Assembly: GCA_000165345.1 (NCBI GenBank) | Contig: CM000432.1 | Coordinates: 864,001 to 928,000, forward strand | Length of the DNA: 64,000 nucleotides | Reading direction: 5' to 3' | Shown: positions 55,401 to 64,000 of the stretch, piece after piece | How the letters are laid out: each line of letters starts with the position of its first letter | Position numbering within the stretch: position 1 is the first letter of the stretch | Position numbers and translations under genes: made by a program | Notes under the pieces: generated by a model | Told to the model about the DNA's origin: nothing | What the model saw: only the letters and a program-made list of their open reading frames with translations | The model's database searches: none

Positions 55401-55564
55401 CAAGCAACACTAATTCATCCGGTACTGGTAACCAATCATTCAATTCTAATTACTATTCAAGAAAAACTAATTCTGGACAGTATAATAAGCACAAAAATAC
55501 TTCATCTTCATCATCGTCAGTACCTTCTTCATCATCTATGAATCTTAGACCAATCCGTGTATGA
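52442..55564 (+). CDS. EIF3C: Eukaryotic translation initiation factor 3 subunit C (eIF3c/NIP1), 1040 aa.
   Basis: ATG ORF. It has an acidic Ser-rich N-terminus, then RVVRGAKEKFHDELRMIIRRVNNHVKVSDFSSLSDEYDKLLK matching the conserved eIF3c N-terminal domain. It has a C-terminal PCI-type helical region and a Gly/Asn-rich tail. A (GATTCW)n repeat at 53007-53063 encodes a DS tract. Confidence 0.85.
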   Translation: MQGKFWAEGSESSSMDSSNSESESSSDSEMEMQAARRRQREMNNSRWAIDSDSDSSEDDRRVVRGAKEKFHDELRMIIRRVNNHVKVSDFSSLSDEYDKLLKCMQKSQNAIKNYGIPKFFISVLVELEAFLDEKFRDKEAIKKLSKAKATSFNTLRAKFRKSVEEYRDQMDDCKNNPLAYQDDNLSDDDSDSNSYSDSDSDSDSDSDSSSSSSGSDSRSVSGSDSDGNGSGSDESSSDSDSSSSSSSSEWSSYEDEYEDRHASALAKWGTRTKSVKKKESGKKANRQKQVKKDLQDTTVSGGANNNIPSGDLLSFEGEVTVDMIVEKVGEIVAARGKKGTDRQEQIRLLKKAAEISRPLSLQAYADVLTHLISAQFDTITGAFHCITSGIWSEICDNINILLDLVLLNNKDKRVYISGFQSFISSKDKKKKASGDSSGAGANSGMDAHGNSLDGENANTDENSSLGDIVDLKEQDKSTVTFLVSFIERLDGESLKALQLTDVHSSEYKDRLVQSLHLLALLWRCYKICEERGYYDLVSSLSVHLINQLHFKNDSLAIKVWEFVRQILEKTVNSSLSSEELSANSDSSNTDCAGKIPDIPVPKKFKPSELITELVGNVYKYGDSKDKLRVLIQHVYNMALHDNYNEAVTLFQSIGVYDMALGSDVNIQILYNRSLVQLGLSAFRLGQISEAQQLLSEICMPNRNRELLAQGMSNMKSQERTPEQERAEKRRLLPYHMHLSLEVIDCIYLICSMLLEVPYLAYHKSLIMQNEASNSHIKLRPISKQFRRLLEQYERQAITGPPESLRDTIIAATRSLQLGKWRECRDYVFSLSIWDYNQEDLQQTQERLELNIKQEALRTYLFTYGHLYSSYSVNNLIEMFQLPREKIHSLLSKMMLKNELQALWDQTGEFVLLNHKQASKIQNDSLIVADKLLQFVDCNESMISSKGNASGGKNPNVINNRNSAGVGNPNNQGGIGPGSVQGGGPNNTSNTNSSGTGNQSFNSNYYSRKTNSGQYNKHKNTSSSSSSVPSSSSMNLRPIRV

Positions 55565-55760
55565 AGATTTGTATACAAAACTCAAACAGGACGTGAAACA
55601 CTATAAACTAACTGGATAAGCTCCACAATTCAAAAAAGAGGTAACTTGCAAGTACAATAGAGTGCTTAATTCCTCTTATATTTATTCATTGGAACTTAAA
55701 ATAAATCATAAATATTAACTAGAAACTAATTTGAATGATTAACATTCTCTACTGAAGTTA

Positions 55761-56129
55761 CTATGAATGCTTCCACATTATACTTAATGTATCTATATAG
55801 TTGATATTCTGTAATTCACATTTTATACATTCTTTTAAGTATTCTTTACTATTTTCAAGTTTTTGAGTTATTTTTTCCAACTTTATTTTATCCTGGAATT
55901 CTTTAATTCTCTCTAAATCGCTTTCATCTCTAACTGAACTCTCTAGAATATATTCGTAAAACTCTTTCTGATCTTTACATAGAGTCTCTATCTTATTATA
56001 TAGTTTGTCATACTCATTCATAATATTAAACTCTTTATTGCTACTATTTTCCAATATACTATTTCTTGTGATTTCAATTGCAGCCAAAACTCCCATTTCT
56101 AAATTCTTAATCCATTCACAAACCTCCAT
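55761..56129 (-). CDS. Hypothetical small coiled-coil protein (122 aa).
   Basis: ATG ORF (56129) with charged, heptad-like composition. It is divergent from the gene at 56935 and shares the GC-box promoter region with it. No homolog recognised. Confidence 0.45.
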   Translation of the reverse strand: MEVCEWIKNLEMGVLAAIEITRNSILENSSNKEFNIMNEYDKLYNKIETLCKDQKEFYEYILESSVRDESDLERIKEFQDKIKLEKITQKLENSKEYLKECIKCELQNINYIDTLSIMWKHS

Positions 56130-56402
56130 ATTTTTGTATATTTCACGAGCTCTACCCAGTTTAATGGTAATTTTAAGTAATTTTTCAGGATAATAATTCC
56201 ATACCTTTTATGATCTTATTGTTTTCCTACCTTTTTTCTTCTAGAAAATAAAATATCTCTTGGGTTTTCATCCAAGATATAAACTAGTAGCTATTGAAAA
56301 AAGAGAAACCTTATCCAAGTAATTGATTATAAACTGATTATTTTCTTTTTGATCTAATCACCAATTACTTTTAATATTTATATTACTACTATTAATTGCA
56401 TG

Positions 56403-56424
56403 TTGGCGCCATTGGCGGGAAAAT
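56403..56424. promoter_or_regulatory. Tandem E2F-like sites TTGGCGCCATTGGCGGGAAAAT in the divergent promoter between the ORF at 56129 (-) and the gene at 56935 (+).
   Basis: GGCGCC and GGCGGGAAA elements lie 4 bp apart. Confidence 0.45.
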
Positions 56425-56934
56425 TAGTATTTATTATTTATACATAAGGTAAAGAAATTGAAGTGGGAAAATATTAAGTCAAAGTAAAATTATTTTTAAT
56501 AATTCATCAACTCCAATCAACAAGTAATAAGATTTTTTTAAAAAAGAGACAATAATTTCAACATTTCCAATCAGGAAGTTTGTGAGTGTTAACGCGTATA
56601 ACTAGCCATTTATAGTCGTTATTAACTTTTAAAAAAGATATTAAGTAATAAAGCAAAAGTGAAAACTAGTTTGTTTAGAAAAGAAAGATAAACTTGCACT
56701 AATAAGCTAATGTGAGTGTGAGGGAGTAATTTAGCTTGCTTAGAATCGATTATAAACTCCAAAAATCTTATATTTGGATGAGTATTTAAAAAGCAGGAAA
56801 GTAAATAATAATAATTGAAAAAAAAAGTACATACGTGTAAAAGGATGTATGAACTTGCATGGGTATATAAAAGAACTAAAATAATAATTTAATTATTGGA
56901 ATACAGAAATTGAAATTAATCTAAAGTGGAAATA

Positions 56935-57936
56935 ATGCTTGATATTAACTATAAGAATGTATTAAGTATTGGAGATCAACTATTTCCTGAGTTAGAACTG
57001 AGACCATTTCTAATAAATTTGCCCTTAAACAAGAATGAGAATACTAGGGATGGTATAAAGAAGAAGATTTATAGAAGTTTTTCTTACAAAATTGAAGAAT
57101 ACAGAAAAGAGCTGAATATTTTTATGAATGAGGATAATGTCTTTAACTTAATATTTGATAATATTGAGAGTTTGGATGAAAATATTTTAAGAGGATTTTC
57201 TCAAATAATTGATTTAAATGACAAAGATAGCAATACAGTTGAAGATGTTATAGGACTTTTAAATGATCCAAATATTTGCGGGTTTATATTTATTATAGCA
57301 AAACCAATTCATATTGAGGAACCAGGAAAAACATTAAACTTTAAACCAATTCTGGGAGCAGTGATTGAACTTGTAGATGACAATGAAAGAGCAATCAGAA
57401 TGATGTTTTGTAAGAGAAGATTCCCTTACAGTATATCTGAAATGTTAATTCGGCTTTCAATTGGTAGAGTTTTTATACATGCACTTAAATGGAATTATGA
57501 TGATGGAAGTAAGAAAAGAAAGAGTAGCAATAAACTAGTTTCCATTTTGGACGAACATATTCAATTTTTTCCTATTCCAGCTTATAATATACTGATCAAA
57601 GAAATGAATATGTCACCTCATTGGGAATTATCTACAAAGAAAATTGCACATTCTGATAGCTTTAAAGCAAAATGTCCTTGCTACAAGTTCTCTAAATTGG
57701 AAGAATCCAGAAAATTCTGGGGAATTTCTGAATCACGTTACATATCTACTATTAAATCAAATCCTCAAATTTTCGGGTCTTTAATTAATTTGAGTGACTT
57801 TTCAAATTGTGACCTTTTTAAACATGTACAAAATAATTTAAAACATAACGAAATCATTTCCAATGAATCTTCTTCATCCATTTCAAATATTGATTCACCC
57901 TCCTCATCTATAAGTAAAAAAAGAAGAGTTACCTAG
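56935..57936 (+). CDS. Hypothetical protein (333 aa). The track ORF starts at GTG 56926; the ATG is at 56935.
   Basis: Open frame with coding-like composition. No signal peptide and no recognisable domain. Confidence 0.6.
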   Translation: MLDINYKNVLSIGDQLFPELELRPFLINLPLNKNENTRDGIKKKIYRSFSYKIEEYRKELNIFMNEDNVFNLIFDNIESLDENILRGFSQIIDLNDKDSNTVEDVIGLLNDPNICGFIFIIAKPIHIEEPGKTLNFKPILGAVIELVDDNERAIRMMFCKRRFPYSISEMLIRLSIGRVFIHALKWNYDDGSKKRKSSNKLVSILDEHIQFFPIPAYNILIKEMNMSPHWELSTKKIAHSDSFKAKCPCYKFSKLEESRKFWGISESRYISTIKSNPQIFGSLINLSDFSNCDLFKHVQNNLKHNEIISNESSSSISNIDSPSSSISKKRRVT

Positions 57937-57983
57937 TTTTTTTTTTTGTCTTCACCTCTAAATGCCTCTATTCAACATGCATT

Positions 57984-58013
57984 TTCTAGGCGGGAATATT
58001 TGACCGCCCTGGC
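57984..58013. promoter_or_regulatory. TTTCTAGGCGGGAATATTTGACCGCCCTGGC: two inverted E2F-like half-sites about 310 bp upstream of Rrp8.
   Basis: GGCGGGAA on the top strand and GGGCGG on the bottom strand are separated by 8 bp. Confidence 0.4.
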
Positions 58014-58316
58014 TATTGGCTATTAATATAAATATAGATGAATTAGAGTATTAAAGTTGGAATAGAGCAGAGTTTTGAGTTTTTTGCTAAATTTGTATTA
58101 TTAAATAATACTTGAATGTAAGGTTTACTTGGTTTGTAATTTTGTTTTTATCAACTGGAGCATAGAATTGGAGTGAAGTCCTTATTATAGTATATTAAAG
58201 AGTATAATTAATCGAAGAGCTTTTAGTGTCGATTAATTTCGAAAAAGAAGTAGGAAAAAAGGTGTAAAAACTAGAGAATTATCCAAATTTTTAGCAAAAG
58301 TGTCTATAACACCATT

Positions 58317-59426
58317 ATGTTGAGTATTAGAAGCAAAAGTCGAAAGTCAATAAAAGGAAAGGAACTTTATAGTGTTAGAAGTATTGGAATTAAGAAACAA
58401 AATGGTATAGAGGTTACTAATCGATCCGGTAATAGTCATACAAATAACTATGGAAATAGCAAAATCATTGGTGATAAAGTTAAGAATACTATAATTAAAG
58501 CTTATAATCAATCAACTAAAAATTCTGGTCCATTAGAAATTGAAGATAGTGGAAACAATATAGTTTCAACCAGACTTCAAGGAAGTTTATTTAGAAAGAT
58601 AAATGAATTTCTTTATACTAGTGATAGTGAAAAAGCATTTAATGAGTATATTAAGGATGGTAATATGTTTGAGAACTACCATAAAGGTTATGAAATCCAA
58701 AAGAGATCTTGGCCTATTGACCCTTTGGATAATATAATTAATTATATTTCAAAAAATAAACATCTTAAAGTTATTGGAGATTTTGGATGTGGAACAGCCA
58801 AAATAGGTCAAACTTTTGGCCATATTAAAGGATATAAAGTTTATTCTTTTGATTTGAACTGTTCCAAAGAAATTTCTGAAAAATATAATATTACTATTTG
58901 TAATATGAAAAATATACCTTTAAATCATAAAGTCTTAGATTTAGCAGTATTTTGTCTAAGCCTTATGGGTACTGACTGGCCTTTATTTATTAAAGAAGCA
59001 TGTAGAACTCTGAAAGATAATGGAATTTTAGTTATCGCAGAAGTATCATCCAGAATTGAAGATTCAAAATCTTTTATATCAAATCTACAAAATCAACTCA
59101 ATCTTGAACTGGTTCAAGATCCTACCAATCTTACTAACTATTTTACTTTATTTATTTTTAGAAAGAAACAGTCAAATTCTAATCAACCTAAAAATTTGCC
59201 CACTTATATACAAAACATATCTTTCAATAATTTCTCAAGAAAAAATAGATATTGTTTTTCAAGCCTCAAATATAAATATGGGCTTAAGCTTTATTGGATT
59301 CGTAAAGTCTCCAAAACCCTCAAGTTTCTTAAACTTACCAATCAATCACTTCCTGATTCTCATCGTGAAAAAATATTTTACATTGATCACAAATTACTTA
59401 AACCTTGCATGTATAAGAAGAGATAA
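58317..59426 (+). CDS. RRP8: rRNA-processing protein 8 (Rrp8/NML) SAM-dependent methyltransferase, 369 aa.
   Basis: ATG ORF. [15 protein letters not shown] (motif I) and [36 protein letters not shown] match Rrp8 (VADFGCGDC...[35 protein letters not shown]). Confidence 0.85.
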   Translation: [369 protein letters not shown]

Positions 59427-59494
59427 CTTAATTTATATTTTCATTTTTACTTTTCCTTGTATATCCCTTCTTATCTAAATATTTTAGCACCGTT

Positions 59495-59516
59495 GGGCGC
59501 CAAATTTGTGGCGCCC
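59495..59516. promoter_or_regulatory. Near-perfect palindrome GGGCGCCAAATTTGTGGCGCCC, a double E2F-like site, between the Rrp8 stop and the TFIIE-alpha ATG.
   Basis: Two GGCGCC cores lie in inverted orientation around an AAATTTG spacer, 69 bp after the Rrp8 stop and about 400 bp upstream of the ATG at 59912. Confidence 0.45.
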
Positions 59517-59911
59517 AGGGGGTATCGAATGTTTAAGATCGCAAAAAAATTAACAAAGCAATTTTTTTTTAAATTGTTATTTTCAAAATAAAGGGGCAGA
59601 AAGAGGAAGGAGAAAGGCGAGGCCATAATACAGGTGAACATTTATAGGTATATCCACTCTACTGGTAGAAATTATTTTTGGTTAACTAATCATATAAATT
59701 ACATTTTTTATAATATATATTAAGGTATTAAATTTATTAGAAGAATAAGTAAAAGTTTAACTAACGACCCTTTTTTGTGAATTCTATTAATGTTGCAATA
59801 ATAATATTAATTGATTTTAACTTTATTGACTTACTTTATACTAATAGCTTCTTATAGCATACTATACATATAAATATATATAAATATATTAAAAGACACT
59901 TTTATTTGTAT

Positions 59912-61426
59912 ATGAATAAGCAAGACTCACATCCAAGCAGAAATAACTACGATACCCAAAAATTCCCCTATAACCCAGAAAATTTTAAAACTTTTGTGCA
60001 GATCCTTCTAAGACTATTTCATGATTCTCCAGCAATTATTGTTGGAGATTGTTTAATCAGAGAGCAAAAATCATTCACAGATAGAGATCTTGCTACTAAA
60101 TTAAACTTATCTGATAGGCAGGTTAGAGAGGCTTTAAGACAATTAGAAGAAGACTTGATTGTTGTTAAGGATCAGAAATCGAACGATGGATCTCAAAGCA
60201 ATAGCTCAAGCTCTGATCAGTTTTCAAATAAAAATAACGGTACTTTAAACTTCTCTACTGATCTTGAAAGTAAATATTCTTCAAACCAAGGAGGATCTGG
60301 ATCAAATTCCGCATATTTTATCAATAATAGTACCGGACTACCCTCTAATAGGATTGGCCCATCTTCTTTCAGGATCAATCCATATTTACCTGCTGTTGTT
60401 GAATGGCAATATAACACAATTATTCGTGAAATTGACCAAGAAATTAAAGATGCTGTGAACCTTGATGAATTAATGTGCAATAGATGCAATGCAAAGTATT
60501 CTTCACTTGAGGCTCTATCACTAGATTTAAATCCTGATGATGGGTTATTCTTATGTAGGTTTTGCAACGAAAAACTTAAATCTGTTGATTCTGCTTCTTT
60601 TAGAAATGCTGCTAAAGATAAAGCTGAAAGAGTCAGATCACAACTTCAAATTCTGTCAAACTCTTTAGAACTTGTAAAAAATATGCATATTCCTGTATTT
60701 CCTCCATATCAAAGCAAGAATGACATCAATTTTAATAAAACAAAACTCCCTAATAGTTTAGAGAATGATGGCAATATTGATAGCAAAATCTCAGATGATC
60801 AAATTACTAAAACCTCTTTATCTAATGAAACCTCAACTCCTATTTCAATAGATAATAATTCTTCCCCTATTAGTAACCAAAGTAATTTCAATATAAACAT
60901 TAATCACCCATCATCTGGTATAAGGAACTCAAACTCAACTTCATCAATTTCATCATCTTCTTCTCCCCAAGTACTTCCTCAAAATACAATTTCCAAAGTC
61001 AAGTTTGGAATAAAGCTTTCTGCCAAGTCAACAAGCTCTATTATCGGAACTTCTAATAGCCATTATTCCAAGCTTTCTGGTAATAATAATGCTATTAAAC
61101 AAGAGAATTCCAGTATTATTTCTTCTTCTAACCTTTCTAATAACTTTACAAATAGTAGTAATATTAAAATTACTAGTATTATTACTGATAATATTAAAAG
61201 TATTGACCAGGAATCTAATCGCCATACACCTACTACAGCTAGCTCCTCTTCAAAGTCTCCTGCTAAAATTGAAGAACCAACTTTTTCTGTCTCTGCTATT
61301 AAGGATAAAGTCTTTAAGATTACTGAAATTGATGATGATATTATTAATCAAATGACTGATACTGAATACTTAAAGTACGATGAACTACTTCAACAGTATC
61401 AAACTCTTGGATTGATTAATACATAA
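59912..61426 (+). CDS. General transcription factor IIE alpha subunit (TFIIE-alpha/Tfa1), 505 aa. The track ORF starts at TTG 59906; the ATG is at 59912.
   Basis: An N-terminal winged-helix region (FKTFVQILLRLFHDSPAIIVGDCLIREQKSFTDRDLATKLNLSDRQVREALRQLEEDLIVV) and a zinc ribbon (CNRCNAKYSSLEALSL...FLCRFCNEKL) lie in the order typical of TFIIE-alpha. The C-terminus is Ser/Asn-rich low complexity. Confidence 0.8.
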   Translation: MNKQDSHPSRNNYDTQKFPYNPENFKTFVQILLRLFHDSPAIIVGDCLIREQKSFTDRDLATKLNLSDRQVREALRQLEEDLIVVKDQKSNDGSQSNSSSSDQFSNKNNGTLNFSTDLESKYSSNQGGSGSNSAYFINNSTGLPSNRIGPSSFRINPYLPAVVEWQYNTIIREIDQEIKDAVNLDELMCNRCNAKYSSLEALSLDLNPDDGLFLCRFCNEKLKSVDSASFRNAAKDKAERVRSQLQILSNSLELVKNMHIPVFPPYQSKNDINFNKTKLPNSLENDGNIDSKISDDQITKTSLSNETSTPISIDNNSSPISNQSNFNININHPSSGIRNSNSTSSISSSSSPQVLPQNTISKVKFGIKLSAKSTSSIIGTSNSHYSKLSGNNNAIKQENSSIISSSNLSNNFTNSSNIKITSIITDNIKSIDQESNRHTPTTASSSSKSPAKIEEPTFSVSAIKDKVFKITEIDDDIINQMTDTEYLKYDELLQQYQTLGLINT

Positions 61427-61508
61427 TCGTATTTATGATGTTATATTTAGTTATCATTCCCATCTAAAATACAATTTATTCGTTATTTTTGTTAATTTTA
61501 TTACCTTA

Positions 61509-63977
61509 TTATATATTTGTATTGTTGACTATATTAACATTTGATGTTAAATCTTTAGAATTTCCTGTGTAATTACTCCATTCTGTATTTAAATTTGTAT
61601 TATTTTGTATTAAAGAAGGAAATATTGGCATCATAAATGGATTTATGGATGGAATAAATGGTGAATAGGCTTGATATGGTAATTGTGTAGAAGAATATAC
61701 TCTTGCATGATTTTCCATGCTTAATTGATTATATCCTTGATCATTTTGCATATTAGAACTATTATTCATTCCAATACCATAAAATGGAGGATTACAACTA
61801 CCAAATAAAGGAGGTATACAGAAATTCAAAGGTAGAATATTTCCAAAAATAGGAGCATTATTTGAAGCAATACTTCTTGAATTTAAATTTGTATTAAACA
61901 TTTGTATCAAATTGGATCCATGAAATATGTTTGGAATACCATAAATGAAATTAGAAGATGCTAAATCTTCGGTACCATTTTCAATATGACTACTATCATT
62001 GATATTTTTGACCTCAAAACTTAAAGTATTAATAGTGTTATCATTTTCGTTATTTGTTTGTATTCCTTTTTTTTTATTTTCTTCCTGAGTTGATAAGTAA
62101 AAACTATAAGCTTGTTTATACTGTGATTCTCTTTCCATATTTGTGGAATTTAATGAAACCCTGAAAATTTGAGAAAGCTTCTGACCCTGTTTAAAATAAG
62201 TTACTTTCCATCCTCTTGGCTTCTTCCACCACTCAATCTTACTTTTTTGTAAATCTAACTTTTCGTGATCCAACCTTTGAATCTTACTAGCATTTTCAGA
62301 ATCATTATTAGATTTTCTCTTTTTTATCATCTTTTTTTCTAATACTTGATTTTGATTTTCATCAGTATAAAAGTATTTTCTATTATAATTAAGATTTTCA
62401 TTATTATTAAAATCTCCATTATCTTTGTTTTTATCATAATAAACTTTGTTATTTCTTAACATATCGCATAAAATCTCCTTACTTTGTCCCCCCTTAATAC
62501 CATATTTGATATCTAACAAAGTATAAATACCGTTTGACATTTGCATGCAATATTGCCCGCCTTTAGAAGTTTCAATTTGATCTTGATTAAACTCGAGATT
62601 ATCTTTAAGGTTTGAGTTAGATTCCAGTAATTTTGAAGATGAAATACCAGAACACTCACAATTTTCAAGAGTCTGAACTTTACCTTGTAATCTTGTGGCA
62701 ATCCTCCTTTTTTCGTTATAATTGGGGTAAACAGATCTATATCCATTGTCTTGAATATCAGTATGTAGCAAATTCATACAAGACTTTTTGTGGTTAATCA
62801 TTGTATTAAGGCAGACTTTTGAATTAGAATTTAAAACATTCTTAGAATTAAATTGAAAGAATCCATTTCCATAGTTTGTACAGGCAATAGGAGAATGTCC
62901 GGCAAGACCTCCTTCTGATAAGTAATTTAAATCATCATTTATTCTGGATGCATTTTCTATAATTTTATTCCATTGATTCAAATTGAATTCATTCTTTTGA
63001 GTTCCAATTTCTTCTACTCCAGCCATATTGATAATTTGAATGATATCATTTACTGCATAAAGGTGCTGTAATTCTCTTCTCGTTGTTTTATTTAATACTT
63101 CCTTGACAGTTTTCACGCCAAGAATGGAATCAAATATACCCCTAAGCAAAAAATTATAGTCATTGCTCCCAGCCTGATTAACCCCAAGTATCTGGGTAGC
63201 TTGACTAAATAACAAATCATATTCATCAATTGTGAACTTTTTGTTGCTTGTATATTCTAATACCAAGTTTCTTAGTTGTTTTCTACAGCTTGAATGTAAT
63301 TTTTCCCACTCAAAATGCTCACTATTATATTCTTCAAGTTGATTAAAGAAGTCAGAGTCAATGGATGAGAATAATAACATTATCTTTTGAATTAAATCGA
63401 CTGTTTTATGCTCGTGAGAGCTTTGAATTGAACAAAACTTCAAGGAAGGATCACTAAATTTATAGTATTCCGTCTCTTGAACTACCTTTGAGTTTTTATT
63501 TAAATTCTTATTAGAACAATCAGCAGTTTTTCTTTTAGAATAAGTAGATTTACTACTTTCTATAGATCCAATTTCCAAAAGAGTAGAATAAAATCCCTCA
63601 GGTAAACAGTTGATTGTTGCTCCATGTATTTTTTCTAGAAATTGAATTGCTCTTTTTGCAGCTCCTTCTTTACCAAATTTCTTACAACTCCATTGCTTAC
63701 AAGACCATTCATTATTATTTAACCATTCTACAATTACTTTACGTTTTTCCTTGTCTTCTTTAATGACTGAATTAAACTTGTTCATTTTTAAATTGATTGA
63801 ATTTTTATCATTTTCATGAGCTTGTATTTCATTTAAATGTGAATTTGACTCAACATTGGACTTTTTATGCTCTTCAAATTCTCTGATAGGAAAAGCTGGG
63901 TTACAACAATCAATCACTTGATCGCTACTACTAGCTGTTGTTGTTAAATAGTAATTTTTAGAATTTACTTGGTCCAT
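61509..63977 (-). CDS. Hypothetical protein of at least 822 aa. The frame stays open upstream of ATG 63977 to the window end, so the true N-terminus may lie outside the window.
   Basis: Long minus-strand ORF with coding composition. It has an Asn-rich C-terminus. No confident domain assignment. Confidence 0.6.
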   Translation of the reverse strand: MDQVNSKNYYLTTTASSSDQVIDCCNPAFPIREFEEHKKSNVESNSHLNEIQAHENDKNSINLKMNKFNSVIKEDKEKRKVIVEWLNNNEWSCKQWSCKKFGKEGAAKRAIQFLEKIHGATINCLPEGFYSTLLEIGSIESSKSTYSKRKTADCSNKNLNKNSKVVQETEYYKFSDPSLKFCSIQSSHEHKTVDLIQKIMLLFSSIDSDFFNQLEEYNSEHFEWEKLHSSCRKQLRNLVLEYTSNKKFTIDEYDLLFSQATQILGVNQAGSNDYNFLLRGIFDSILGVKTVKEVLNKTTRRELQHLYAVNDIIQIINMAGVEEIGTQKNEFNLNQWNKIIENASRINDDLNYLSEGGLAGHSPIACTNYGNGFFQFNSKNVLNSNSKVCLNTMINHKKSCMNLLHTDIQDNGYRSVYPNYNEKRRIATRLQGKVQTLENCECSGISSSKLLESNSNLKDNLEFNQDQIETSKGGQYCMQMSNGIYTLLDIKYGIKGGQSKEILCDMLRNNKVYYDKNKDNGDFNNNENLNYNRKYFYTDENQNQVLEKKMIKKRKSNNDSENASKIQRLDHEKLDLQKSKIEWWKKPRGWKVTYFKQGQKLSQIFRVSLNSTNMERESQYKQAYSFYLSTQEENKKKGIQTNNENDNTINTLSFEVKNINDSSHIENGTEDLASSNFIYGIPNIFHGSNLIQMFNTNLNSRSIASNNAPIFGNILPLNFCIPPLFGSCNPPFYGIGMNNSSNMQNDQGYNQLSMENHARVYSSTQLPYQAYSPFIPSINPFMMPIFPSLIQNNTNLNTEWSNYTGNSKDLTSNVNIVNNTNI

Positions 63978-64000
63978 ATTATGCGGAGAAAATCCTTGAA

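Overview
This window is an AT-rich (about 30% GC), gene-dense and almost intron-free eukaryotic chromosome segment. The coding style and the recurring intergenic GC-box motifs (TTTGGCGCCAAA, TTTGGCGGGAAA, TGCATGCA) are typical of an apicomplexan of the Cryptosporidium type, so prokaryotic feature classes (operons, CRISPR, RBS) do not apply. The supplied ORF track evidently accepts TTG and GTG as starts, so several starts were moved to the first in-frame ATG.

I count about 26 protein-coding genes in three blocks.

1. A cluster of three paralogous secreted kinase-fold proteins lies at 1-8.4 kb. They have a glycine loop, a VAIK-like lysine and a HCDLHxxN catalytic loop, but a degenerate DFG.

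2. A head-to-tail array of seven paralogous secreted proteins lies at 12.7-31.8 kb, all on the + strand. Members have a signal peptide, a conserved SEF[KQ]R[LM]xSIDIN block and a KLLSFKPRVxFKKGT block. Their sizes are inflated by mucin-like Ser/Thr-Pro repeats, Gly/Ser repeats and RS-dipeptide repeats. One member looks pseudogenised by frameshifts and one lacks an in-frame ATG. Each member has an E2F-like GC-box a few hundred bp upstream.

3. A housekeeping block lies at 34-64 kb. It encodes an Mps1/TTK kinase, a TPR plus methyltransferase-like protein, the eRF1 methyltransferase Mtq2/N6AMT1, eIF3c, Rrp8 and TFIIE-alpha.

Three small intron-containing genes are invisible to the ORF track and were reconstructed by hand from GTAAGT...AG splice signals and homology. 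They are signal peptidase subunit SPCS1 (3 exons), V-ATPase subunit e (2 exons) and a BCNT/CFDP1 (Swc5-like) gene (3 exons).

No tRNA or rRNA genes and no transposable elements were recognised. The long antisense ORFs inside the repeat-rich genes are judged artefacts.
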